From an uncultured delta proteobacterium (GTDB lineage Bacteria; Desulfobacterota; RBG-13-43-22): a DNA stretch of 64,000 nt. Where the stretch lies: the NCBI GenBank assembly GCA_963743305.1, contig CAVUPH010000014.1, forward strand, positions 1-64,000. Direction: 5' to 3'. A program made the translations under genes and the position numbers. Positions 54,289-64,000 of the stretch are shown in pieces (within the stretch, counting starts at the first letter, position 1; each line of letters begins with the position of its first letter). The notes under the pieces were generated by a model. The model was not told where the DNA came from, ran no database searches, and saw nothing but the letters and a program-made list of their open reading frames with translations.

Positions 54289-56128
54289 TCAGCGCCTTGG
54301 GCCGCCGGCCAATCCTCCAACCTCAGCCATCTCAGGCATAATGTCGGCCAGGTCACGGCGGATCGCCTCGGCAGTCCTCCGGGCTCGCTTCCGCTGACCC
54401 GAGAAGCCGGTCCAACTGCGCCCGATACGCATGGGCGTACGAATCGAACCCCGTTTGAATCTCGCCGGTGACCCTCCGTACCCAGGCCTCGAGGAGCCGG
54501 CGATACGTTCGAAAGGCTTCCGAAACCGCCGGGCCGAACCGGTGCCGGAGTCGGCGTTCCACCCGCGCCCTTACCAGCGACGCAGCGATTGACACGAATG
54601 GTGAGCGCTTGTAGGACGGTATCTGCCCGGCGAAATCAAGTTGCGGCATTTCTCGGAGGCCCGAGACAAGCTCTTCCTCCTGAGGCATCTCAGTCATATT
54701 CAGTTCCCGGGCGGCCCGCTGAAGGGCAACGGTCAGCTCCTTGGCGAGGCCATTAAGCCTCACGAACAACTCCGTGGCGGCGCCGGCGGCAGTTTCCGCT
54801 ACGGAGGCGGTCAACAGGTCCGACTCCACTTTTTGCCCCTGGCGCCAGCGCGCAACTATTCGGGACGCGGCTTCCCGCAGTGCGGTCGATGCCAGGTTCT
54901 CCACTTCTTCGGCTGCCCGAAGACAGGCCGAAATTTCTTCAGGTATCCGGCCGGCCGACCGCCTCAACTCCTTTTCCACCTGTTTTAATTTTTCGGCATC
55001 CGTCGGACGGATTCCCTCCACACGATCCAGCCTGGACCGCAGCGCCGCCTCAACCGATTCCCGCAGGGCCGCAATTTTCCGCCGCACCGACTCACCCGCA
55101 AGCTGTTGGTGCCGTTGACAAAGCGGCTCGATCTGTTCTTTGAACCAGGCCTCCAATAAGGCCGCGGAATCTCCGACGATGCTGACCGGCTGGACATTCA
55201 GGGTCAGGCCCAACCGCCCCTGGATCTGCTCGGAAATATAAGTCCGTGCCGACTCACGGTCCTCCCGTGTCAGGAGGTCTGCCTTGCTGAGCAAGACCGA
55301 AGCCGGCACTCCCGCCTCCACCAGGGCCTGAATGGTCGCCAGGTCCTCTTCATCGAGCGTCGAGCCGGCGTCGACCAACACCATGCCGAGATCGCACTGC
55401 GGGAGGTAGGCCCGGGTCTCGTCGGCCCCGGAAGTCGCCAAAGAACCGAGACCCGGAGTGTCCACGAACACCATCCCATCACTGAGTCTGGCGCTAGGCA
55501 GCTCTGCTATAATCTTGGTGACGCCCTTGGAGTTACCCGGATTGCGTTGCTCGGTAACGAAATCCGGCAAGGCGGCGACTTCGAAGCGCTCAACTCGGCG
55601 GTCTGTGAAAGTGACCGTCAACCTCGGTTCCGGTCCGAAAACCAGCCGGGTCGGCACCGCCGTGATCGGATTCACGCCGACCGGAAGCACGGCCACGTGC
55701 AGCATCTGATTCAACAACGACGATTTTCCCGAACTCACCCGGCCGAAGACGGCTATTTCGAAGCGCTGGGTCTCCAGGCGATCCAGAATCATCGTAAGCT
55801 TGGGGCGAAACTCGACCAAACCCTGCGCGGAAATGATTCTCTCGATCTTATGAAGCAGATCCGCATCGTCCCCGTCCCATTGGAGTCTCTCGCTGCGGGT
55901 GCCGAGGTCCTGCCCGAGGCCTTGCACCAGATAGGCGTCGAGTGTGTCGACCAGCGCCTGGAGTTCGTTGACCAGGCCGTTGAGGTCGGCGATCGCGGAT
56001 TCCGGAACTTCTCCGTAGCCCCTCATGTATTTAGGGCCTATCTCGGTCAGGGCGATTCCGACAAATGATAGGTTATCCACATACTCGACACTGCTGATAA
56101 GACGACGTTGCTGGGATTCATTCAACAT
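54289..56128 (-). CDS. Second dynamin-like GTPase (frameshift near the 3' end)
   Basis: GRVSSGKSS, PITA, DTPGLGS, SKAD. Confidence 0.88.
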
Positions 56129-56400
56129 TTTTCAATTCCATATTAAAAAATGGGTAGCCATTCTTGTTGCCGGCAATATGATTCAAAGCCCGAAGGTAAG
56201 CATCTTTTTCATCCTTATTAATCAGGTCCCTTCGTAAGGCATTACGTTTTATGGCGTAGTTTTCCAGATCCTCCATTGCATATTCTTCTTGGACCTCTGG
56301 GTCCTGGGAAAACGTATTCATCCAATGCGCATAATAATCAAGCGCTCGTTGGATAAGATGGGTGCACACCGGACACCCGCGGCTTTGCAGATCTTGAACG
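56118..56400 (-). pseudogene. C-terminal remnant of a CxxC-containing hypothetical protein
   Basis: GCPVCTHL...; 5' end lost at an abrupt junction with the truncated MFS. Confidence 0.5.
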
Positions 56401-56406
56401 ATCTCA

Positions 56407-56949
56407 CTAAACCCTAGCCGGGTGGCCGGCTATCCAACTCAGCAAACCAAACGCGGTTAAAGGCCCCAGGATGGCACCGAGCGTATCGCTGGCCCGGTGA
56501 AATCCAAAGGCCTTCCCCAGGTCTTTGGGAGCAACCGATTCGGCCAGCAAGGCATCGCGGAGAGGACTGCGTATGCCCCGGCCGAACCAGCCCACTACCC
56601 GTCCCAGGAGGATTAGGGGCCAGGCCAAGGCGAAGGCAAAAACGGCCTTGGCGATGGCGGTAAGGGTATAGCCGATAACGGTCCACGTCTTGCGATGTCC
56701 AATTTTGTCACTGTGATAACCGGCCCCAATTTTGACAAAGCTGGAGAGGGCATCGGCTACCCCTTCGATAAAGCCCAAGGCGGCCGCCGAAGCCCCTATG
56801 GCCCGCATGAATTGAGGCAAAACAGCAGTGGCCATTTCATGACAAAAATCACTCAGGAGGCTGGTCAGACCAATGGCCAGGACATTACGATTGAACCATC
56901 GGTTGAGAGTTGTAGACTCCTTTTCCGGGCTTTGGGTTTTTTCATTCAT
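56407..56949 (-). pseudogene. Truncated MFS transporter (N-terminal half)
   Basis: TSLLSDFCHEM, GRGIRSPLRDALLA, GFHRASDTLGAILGP; stops at 180 aa. Confidence 0.8.
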
Positions 56950-56971
56950 TTTAAGGTCACCAGTCTCCGAT

Positions 56972-57570
56972 TCAGCCCTGCCTCAGGAGGGCAAGTAAAA
57001 TTTTACCTTTTCCTATTATCCATATCCTAATTTTAAACCAACTCACTATTATGACCAGGGCACAAATCCCGCCCAAGAAAATGCCGCCCAGGACATCCAG
57101 AGGATAATGTTCCCCCACGTAAACCCTGGAATATCCTACGACTAAGGCCATCAATAGGAAAAGAGGGGTACCACAGTCGATAAGAAAAAGAAAGGAAAAT
57201 TGCGGCGGCAAAACAATTGGCCACATGATTGGAAGGGAAGGACAGAGAGCGTGGACAGGGCCAAAAAGTATGGATGCCGGACAAAACATGACAAGGACGG
57301 ATGCGGCCGAAGAGGGGCTTGATAAAAAAACTGTTTGAGTAATCAGTCGTCCCCACTAACAGGGCCAGCAAGACGGCTGTTATCTTTCCTTTCGGACCTC
57401 CTAAAAAAAACAACAGTAACCAAAGGACCAGCAAAGGAATCCGCCAGTAATTAAATTCAGTAATGATGGGCATGACCCAGTCAAAGAATGGATTGCGGCT
57501 GGCCTTGGTTGATCCAGTAAAATATCCAGATATCCCGAGCTAAAAGGCTATTGAAGAGATGTTCCATCAT
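56972..57570 (-). CDS. PAP2-family membrane phosphatase (frameshifted)
   Basis: KPLFGRIRP, SFPSNH, SRVYVGEHYPLDV. Confidence 0.85.
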
Positions 57571-57631
57571 TTAAGATAACCCCTTAAGAAATAAAGGTTG
57601 CTAAAAAAATCGAGGATTTTGCTCAAAGGTT

Positions 57632-58382
57632 TTATTTATTGTTCCGATCAGATATAAAGGGATAAAATCGCGATTCCTCCTGATTAACCGAATCAGAAGG
57701 AGAAACCCGCGAAAAAAATAGCTTCCACCCGCTGCACCAGCCTACGGCGCTGATCAAGGCCGCTTTATCCTCTTCGGTTTCCGTCCCCTGGAATTCCATG
57801 CGGAAAGAGTGGGCAGTCAGACAATATGATGAAGAATTTCCTTTACAAAAGCCTGATGGCGGGGAAAATCATTTACGATCCCTGAGCGTATATCCTCCAT
57901 AAGATGGGGCCGGCATCTTTGAGCCGATTCATTTCCCAAACACCGCCCGCAAACGGCCTTCTGCCAGTATTTCTTGGTGTCCAGGGCAATTTTTGAAGCT
58001 CCGAGAGGTCCCGGCCTCTTCTGATGACATCCGCTTGGGCCTTCCCTATCGAGTTAGGTCCAAAACCTTCCTCACACATCAAACAGGGGCCCTGGTTCCG
58101 AAGGCGTCTAATCGTCCGGAGACGGGGCAGGGACCCCTGGAAATTAAGGGCCGACCACGCCTGCTCCATGAGATCCAGATAAAGGATGGCCGGTCCATGC
58201 ATCCATCCTCGGCGAAAAGAGGCATCCATGGAGATAAAGCCCCAGGCGTGGCGTCCACAGAAGCCCCAGGCCTTTTTAAGCCGCTCCCGTGTACGGGAGG
58301 ACATGATACTCCCCTGGATAAACCACCAGAGGAAGTGGATTTCACCTTCCGATAATTGAAAATCCTTTCTTTCAATGAGCAC
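57632..58382 (-). CDS. Cys/His-rich hypothetical protein (GFCxxHAW motif, DUF6062-like), frameshifted
   Basis: WGFCGRHAW, CLMC; C-terminal AALISAVGWCSGW in another frame. Confidence 0.6.
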
Positions 58383-58392
58383 GGATATTTTC

Positions 58393-58876
58393 TTACTCTG
58401 TGTCGTTCACCTTCATCGTGTTTAAAATCTCTCGGGCGGCCTCTCGAACCGATTCGACCGGATCCGTAGCAGGCGGCGGATACGGATTCCAGGGCCGGTG
58501 CCCCCCCCAATTTGCCCAGGGCCTGAACGGCTTCTTTACGGACCAGGAACGAGGGGTGCCGCACGAAATCCTGGAGTTGTGGAAGGGAAGCCGGATCTTG
58601 GATTTCTCCTAAGGCCCAAACAATGTCCGGAAGCAAATAAATGTCCCGGGTCTCCTGCGCCGCCTGCATTAAAGCCGGAAGGGCTTGCTTGGCCTTTAAC
58701 AAACCCAGTATGCGGGCCGCCCGATGGCGGGTCTCCGGCTCCGGGTGCTTCAAGGAAAGGGCCAGGCGCTCCGCATAGCCCATCGCTTTCCATCGGCTAA
58801 GATCCTCCCGGCAACGGGGACAGGTTTCAAAGGAATCAGAGGATTCGAACCAGCAGAACGGGCAATAATAAGTCAT
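58393..58876 (-). CDS. Zinc-ribbon + HEAT-repeat protein (frameshift ~58485)
   Basis: CPFC..CPRC; AARILG, WALGEI, VRKEAVQALGKLG. Confidence 0.78.
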
Positions 58877-58888
58877 GAAAGCCGCATC

Positions 58889-59713
58889 CTAACTTTTTTG
58901 AAAATCTTCGAGAACCTTCAAGGTGTTGATGGCCATGCAGGTATATTCCAGAGTTGCAATCCCCAACAAATGAGACCTTCTGAACCCAAATCCTTTGGTT
59001 TGACAATCAAGGACAAATTTCAAGATGGCCTCCTGGTACTTTGGTCGATAACCTGCCAGTTCAGAGCCTAATAAACCAAAATAAATATCCTCTAAAAAGG
59101 CCAATGTAGACATAGGGACATTGGTAAAACCGAATTCTTCTTGTTCACACAGAAAAATAAATTCAAAAAAGCCTGATGGGTCTGTGAGATAGCCCAGATC
59201 CTTTAGTATCCTTAAAGCCCAATAGGTCTCCCGCAAGTTGGAGATTTCTATACTAAAGCCAAAATCTTTTCGTTGGAACCTAAGGACATAATCCCGCCCT
59301 CTTTTCTTTAACGATTCCTCCATGGGGCACCCGATTAGTTCGATCAGTTCTGTCAGATAGCTCAAAGATTCAAGGCCTGATTCTTGGCCGGAAAGGGTTT
59401 TTTCAAAATTCCCTAATAGGGATCGAAACAGCTCCGGAGTGTTGATTTCTGTTTTGAAGAGTTTAAGGACTCGCAAGCCATAATAAGTCCCCCAGAGGCC
59501 GGGCAGGCCATCAGCATGGTCAAAGAATCGTTGAACGAAGGCAACGGTTTTGAAGGGATTAGGAGGTAAAGCGGATAATAATGATAGCGTCCGGGTGGCA
59601 AAAAAGGTATCGGCCAGATTGGGCTCTTCCAGCCCATAGAAACAGTATCCTCCTTCCCGGCATTCCAGGGAATGGATATATTCGATCACTTTCAAGGGCG
59701 TCACCCGGTCCAT
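58889..59713 (-). CDS. Prenyltransferase/squalene-oxidase-repeat (alpha-alpha toroid) protein
   Basis: Repeats EGGY..TFFA..L, DFGF..TYWA..L, FGFT, FGFR..TCMA. Confidence 0.7.
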   Translation of the reverse strand: MDRVTPLKVIEYIHSLECREGGYCFYGLEEPNLADTFFATRTLSLLSALPPNPFKTVAFVQRFFDHADGLPGLWGTYYGLRVLKLFKTEINTPELFRSLLGNFEKTLSGQESGLESLSYLTELIELIGCPMEESLKKRGRDYVLRFQRKDFGFSIEISNLRETYWALRILKDLGYLTDPSGFFEFIFLCEQEEFGFTNVPMSTLAFLEDIYFGLLGSELAGYRPKYQEAILKFVLDCQTKGFGFRRSHLLGIATLEYTCMAINTLKVLEDFQKS

Positions 59714-59963
59714 AAGCCCTCCATGGAGCCGGGGATCATTCTTTGTCGAAGGTAAGCCAGGGGAGGGCATTCCATCCTCACAGATTATTTCCCCGACCTT
59801 TCCCGGGTTGCCCCCCTGATTTGAAGAAGCCCCGAATCACCCGAAAAGGGCATTCCTTCGGTTCGAATTCACTGTTGGCCCTTTACTCCCCATAGGAATT
59901 CCCGTTTCCAAAATTATATGCAGGCCATCCTTCTTTATCGAAGTTTCTACCAGTCCCAAAAAT

Positions 59964-59999
59964 AAAAAACTTCTACCCCAATTATTTTGGAGTAGAAGT
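59964..59999 (-). terminator. Riboswitch 2 intrinsic terminator
   Basis: ACUUCUACUCCA...UGGGGUAGAAGU-UUUUU on the minus strand. Confidence 0.85.
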
Positions 60000-60061
60000 C
60001 ATGAGCTTCCTTTAAACCTACCGGTAATTAAAAGAAAGCGGTTCCGGTGAACTTCATCACC
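59992..60061 (-). ncRNA. Fluoride (crcB) riboswitch 2
   Basis: GGUGAUGAAGUUCACC-GGAACCGC-(long stem)-GCUCAUGACUUCUAC. Confidence 0.9.
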
Positions 60062-60122
60062 TTTTTATAATCTAAAAACCATCGTCGTCCGATATCATCG
60101 TTCAAAAAAATTTTCCCCGCTG

Positions 60123-60564
60123 TTAGTCCTTTTTCTTTTCAGACTGGGCCAGGATGACGGTACAAGGGGCATGGGTGGTGATCTGCACGGCCGTGCTGCC
60201 GCTTTGGGTATGCAGAATGGCAGATCGGCCTTTTTTACCCAAGAGCAGAGCATCAAACATGCCCTTTTGGGCATAGGCGATCACGGCCTCCACTTCATGC
60301 CCCGGAAGAATTCGGCATTTGATTTCCACCCCGTGTTCCCGGCGCATCTTCACAGACCAGGGTTTGCTCCTTTTCGATTTCCTTGGTGATCTCGGCCAGG
60401 GCCTCTTTGACCTCCCCGATCGTGGCCGCATAATGGGGGAGCTGTTCGATGATGGTCAGCAAATGGACTTCCGAATCAAACTTTCTGGACAGTTCCAGGG
60501 CGATCTCCAGGGCCTTCTTGGAATCGTCGGACCCGTCATAGGCCACCAATAATTTTTTAAACAT
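60123..60564 (-). CDS. Universal stress protein (frameshifted)
   Basis: KKLLVAYDGSDDSKKAL, LLLGKKG, GSTAVQITTHAPCTV. Confidence 0.88.
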
Positions 60565-60582
60565 AGAACACCTCCTATTCTT

Positions 60583-61725
60583 CTAAATGCTCCGAAGTAG
60601 AGTAGAACCATTAAGATCGGGTAATTCATATTTGGGATTAAACCATTTCTGGGCGATAAAGGTGGGGATGATGGCGCTCAAGACCACAACGGCCACCAGC
60701 ACAGAAAACTGGGTTCGATTGATGATACCGGCCGTCAATCCAAAAACCGATGAAATGGCTCCCACATGGTCAGACCCGTGCTCATCAACAGGGTCGTGTA
60801 CATGGCATTTTCAGGAAGATATTTTTTAGCAGGGGATAAGACCCCCACTATTTTGGTGACTTGTTTGACCAAAAGCATCTGCACCAGCAAGCCTAAACTC
60901 AATAAAAGCAATTTCAAAGAGATATTCATCCCGCCGTTGATAAAGAAGAATGGGGTAATAATGGCAAAGGCCACTACCCGAAGTCGGTGCTGTAATTTAC
61001 GGTTTTCCATAAAAATTTTGGACATGGCCAGACCCAGGACAAAGGCCGGCAGGATGGCATGGCTGGCCCCGACTTTGGCGAAAAACATAAAAACAACCAG
61101 GATGAGAAAAAGAAAATTGATCTCGGCTCAATCACCCGGTCACCGTAGCGCTTGCAGATCCAGGGATAGATCCTGGGGATAATCAGAATCGAGCAGGGCG
61201 GAAACCCCCAGAAAGAGCAGGGTGAACCACGTTGAGCTCGAGAAACAGCAGAGTAAGGGCCAGGGTTGTTCCCAAATCAGTAAAAAAAGTGGCGGCCATA
61301 AGGATCTTGCCCAGTTCGGTATTGGTTAAACCGGTTTCGACCAAGACGGCATAGACGACGGCCAGGGAGGTGGTGGAAAGGGCTATTCCGGCGATCTCAG
61401 CGGCCGGCCAGGTCCAGTCCAACAGGTAATGGGTATAAAATAAGGCACCCAGAAAAGGAGCTAAAAAAGAAACGATGGTCCGACAAGAACTTCCTTAAAT
61501 TTGGCTTTCATGACCTGGGTGTCCACCTCGGCCCCGGCCAGGAAGGTCAAGAGGATACCGCCAAAGCCGGCCAGATAGGTACTCCAGGGAGTGGGATGGA
61601 GTTCCAAAAAGTTTCCTCCGATGACACCGAGGGACATTTCAATGATGCCACTGAGAGGCCCAGCTCAACCCGAAGAAGATTGGCGAGGATGGTGCGGAGA
61701 GGATAAATACGAAGATGGCGTCCAT
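60583..61725 (-). CDS. Cation:proton antiporter (CPA2-like), multiple frameshifts
   Basis: AGIALSTTSLAVVYAVL, AATFFTDLGT, LPAFVLGL, TLLMSTGLT. Confidence 0.82.
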
Positions 61726-61775
61726 TCAAAACCTCCATTACAAGGAAGCATCCTCACAATGAGCCTTCTTCGGCA

Positions 61776-61801
61776 TAAAAAAAACCGCCGGGTGGCGGGT
61801 T
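61776..61801 (-). terminator. Terminator in the riboswitch 3 expression platform
   Basis: CCGCC-accc-GGCGG-UUUUUUUU on the minus strand. Confidence 0.75.
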
Positions 61802-61846
61802 CATCCGTACTCCCTAATGCCCCCCACCGCGGCAGTGACCTGCGCA

Positions 61847-61896
61847 GTAGGAGTCATTAGCTCGAATTCGGCGTTTATCGGGGGGACTCCATCCCC
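61847..61896 (-). ncRNA. Fluoride (crcB) riboswitch 3
   Basis: GGGGAUGGAGUCCCCC-CGAUAAACGC...GCUAAUGACUCCUAC; TTGACA -35 at 61926-61931. Confidence 0.9.
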
Positions 61897-61946
61897 ATCT
61901 AATAAATTAAAGGAATTTTAATAATTGTCAATTAGTTTTTGCCACT

Positions 61947-62924
61947 CTAATCAATAAAATATTGAGAAATATAACGCAAAGCCAGGAAGGTGATGATGAG
62001 GCCCAGCATGAGCTTTATGAATTTTTGGGGGACAAATTTCTGGGCCCGGGCGCCAAAGTACATACCTCCAAAGCCACCGACGCCGAAGAGGAAGCCTAAG
62101 AACCAATCCGGGGCGGTAGCCAGGCCGGGCTGGGCCGGGATGACGCTGTAAAAAAAGACTCCGGCAATGGAGGTGATGAAGGTCCCCAACAGGGCCGCGC
62201 CTGCTACAGTATAAACGGGCAGGCGGAAGACGGCCACGCAAAAAGGGGCAATGATCGCCCCCCCGCCTATGCCATAAGTGCCGCCGATAATGCCGACCAC
62301 GAAGGCTAATAGAAACATGGCTACGGTGCTATAGGAAAACCGTTCTCCCCAAAATTCGTATTCCACTCGGGTCAAGGAAAAATGAATGGTCTTGACCACG
62401 GCCTCGGCCGGCAAACCGGAAGCCAGCCGAGCCATCCGTCCTTCTTTGAGTTGCCTGGCTTGTTGATTGAATTTTTCTTCCAGGGCCTTCATCTCCTTCT
62501 TACCCTTTTGCGAACGCCCCGACATTTCGTAAAGAAGGCGTATCCCAATATAGAGTAAGACGCAGCCGACAAATAATTTAAAGGCCTTAGGATCGGGCAG
62601 GTAGAGGACCCGCAGATAGTAACCGATAAACACCCCCGGCAAGGTCCCGACAATGACCACCCAGGTCAGCGGCCAGGCCATCCGCCCTTCTTTCAGGTAA
62701 CGGTAGACGCCACTGGGGATCGCGACGATATTATAAACAAAATTCGTAGCACTGACTGAAGGACTGGTGAAGTTCAAAAAACTTACCTGAAAGGGAAGGA
62801 GCAGAAAAGCCCCGGAAACACCGCCCATCGAGGTAAAAAAAGATACGATAAAAGCCACCACGGGAGGGATAAAAAAATAGGTCTTTACCCCCGAAACCGG
62901 GAAAAGCCAATACCAGCTTTCCAT
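61947..62924 (-). CDS. TauE/SafE (TSUP) family anion exporter
   Basis: FTSMGGVSGAFLLLPFQ, GGTYGIGGGAIIAP, APDW. Confidence 0.88.
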   Translation of the reverse strand: MESWYWLFPVSGVKTYFFIPPVVAFIVSFFTSMGGVSGAFLLLPFQVSFLNFTSPSVSATNFVYNIVAIPSGVYRYLKEGRMAWPLTWVVIVGTLPGVFIGYYLRVLYLPDPKAFKLFVGCVLLYIGIRLLYEMSGRSQKGKKEMKALEEKFNQQARQLKEGRMARLASGLPAEAVVKTIHFSLTRVEYEFWGERFSYSTVAMFLLAFVVGIIGGTYGIGGGAIIAPFCVAVFRLPVYTVAGAALLGTFITSIAGVFFYSVIPAQPGLATAPDWFLGFLFGVGGFGGMYFGARAQKFVPQKFIKLMLGLIITFLALRYISQYFID

Positions 62925-62942
62925 ATAATTCCTCCTGTTAAT

Positions 62943-63491
62943 TTATAAGGTTGCCATTCGGGATTCATTCGATTTTTCTCTTCTCAAAGGGATTTGAAAG
63001 GTATTTCCTATCCAAACCCGACTAGAAACCAGTCTGGAATCCAGGTAATGAACCAGGGACGGGAGAGGCGGCACGGGAATTTTCTCAGGATTCCAACTGG
63101 GGTCCGTAACCTGAAAAATGACCTGACCTTGAACATCCAAGACCAGAATCCCCAAAACATCTCCTCCCATCATTTTTAAGGACCGGGTGATAATTCCATC
63201 AGGTTGAGTCATTAACCCGGTACCTCCCAACTCCCAGGCATTTTTTAAGTTAAGCAAGGTCGTCTCCAGAGCGGAGACCTGATTTTGAATATGATCGGAA
63301 ACTTTTCGAGCCAGAATTAGCTGTTGCTGGTTGAGTTGCTGGGTAACGGTATCCTCGATACTTTTGGACGTGCTATACCCGATAAAACCGACAAACAAGG
63401 TCAGCAGAAGGGCCAATAGATAGCCTAAAGGCAAGTAGTGACGCCAGGGATTGGGAAAGCCGCGAGTTTTTGTTTTCATAGTAATCGCCAT
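62943..63491 (-). pseudogene. Truncated periplasmic-sensor N-terminus of a histidine kinase-like protein
   Basis: One TM helix, then QQLNQQQLILA helix typical of Cache-type sensors; no second TM or kinase core. Confidence 0.5.
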
Positions 63492-63546
63492 TCCCTCTCT
63501 CCATTTTAACCTCTTTAGATTGATGAAATCCAGAATCGGCAGTACT

Positions 63547-63572
63547 ATCACGAAAATAATAAAATTCGTGTC
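63547..63572. promoter_or_regulatory. Spaced palindrome CACGAA-N10-TTCGTG in a divergent intergenic region
   Basis: atCACGAAaataataaaaTTCGTGtc. Confidence 0.6.
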
Positions 63573-63649
63573 AATTTATCAATGGTCACAAATCAATGTC
63601 AAGATTTTTTTAGGGCTTGCGGAAATTGCCGGATATTTTAGAATACAGT

Positions 63650-64000
63650 ATGGATAAAAATAACAAAGAGCTAGACAAGAAGGAGCGACCCCATCGCCCC
63701 TCGCCGATACCGGAACGGGCAAGTCACGGCCGCATGGTTTCCATAACCAATAAGATCCGGTGTCTGGACCCTGTGCAGCTCAGCCGGTTGGAAAAATCCT
63801 TTCGCGACTGGGCGGATAGCAAATCACGGTCGGACCTGCAATTGTCCCGCAAGCGTATTTTGCTGATCTTTCTGCTAATTCGTTATACGGGCGCCAAATT
63901 GAACGAGGCTTTGACCATAAACCCTCTCAGGGACATAGATCTCCATAGGCACTTGATTGTTTTGGGAAAACCAGGGGCTTCCCCGGATCGACCTCCACGG
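63650..64000 (+). CDS. Recombinase-fold transcriptional regulator (TunR/ModE-TOBE-like), runs off the window
   Basis: Own translation: CLDPVQLSRLEKSFRDW...RILLIFLLIRYTGAKLNEAL; integrase box I-like with K for R; divergent from a TSUP gene. Confidence 0.72.
   Translation, partial: MDKNNKELDKKERPHRPSPIPERASHGRMVSITNKIRCLDPVQLSRLEKSFRDWADSKSRSDLQLSRKRILLIFLLIRYTGAKLNEALTINPLRDIDLHRHLIVLGKPGASPDRPPR

Noticed and set aside
63650-64000. Active tyrosine integrase for the island
   Set aside because: The box I Arg is replaced by Lys and the context fits a regulator family.

Overview
Bacterial window with GC-rich coding regions and AT-rich intergenic regions. Gene content suggests a deltaproteobacterium/Desulfobacterota (inference). 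Many single-base indels split genes, probably long-read consensus errors plus some real decay. (1) 0-19.6 kb: acetate/propionate uptake and activation locus. It has an acyl-CoA transferase-GNAT fusion, a CrbS/CbrA-like SLC5-histidine kinase, two sigma54 response regulators (one degenerate), two cNMP-CBS-DUF294 nucleotidyltransferases, a DEDDh exonuclease, DUF485, actP, acs, an isochorismatase-family hydrolase and prpE, with a clear sigma54 promoter and two palindromic enhancer sites. (2) 19.8-25.1 kb: treY and glgB. (3) 25.4-31.5 kb: accessory/decaying patch with a candidate arrest peptide, a PAS kinase with an internal stop, secreted proteins sharing a C-terminal YLPL motif and a DUF1566 pseudogene. 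(4) 31.9-34.4 kb: fdhD and a eukaryote-type fused hisHF. (5) 34.5-61.9 kb: mosaic island with three fluoride riboswitches. They control a dynamin-like GTPase (plus a HIT protein), a prenyltransferase-repeat/HEAT/Cys-His/PAP2/MFS/dynamin operon, and a cation:proton antiporter plus USP. The island also holds enolase, ApgM, Mg2+ transporters, soluble P-type-ATPase-like HADs and a ChrB-like regulator, but no Fluc/CLC-F exporter. A KamA + 2x ATP-grasp + GNAT cassette sits between 17-bp direct repeats at the enolase 3' end. (6) 61.9-64 kb: TauE/TSUP exporter and the start of a recombinase-fold (TunR-like) regulator. No rRNA, tRNA or CRISPR array seen.
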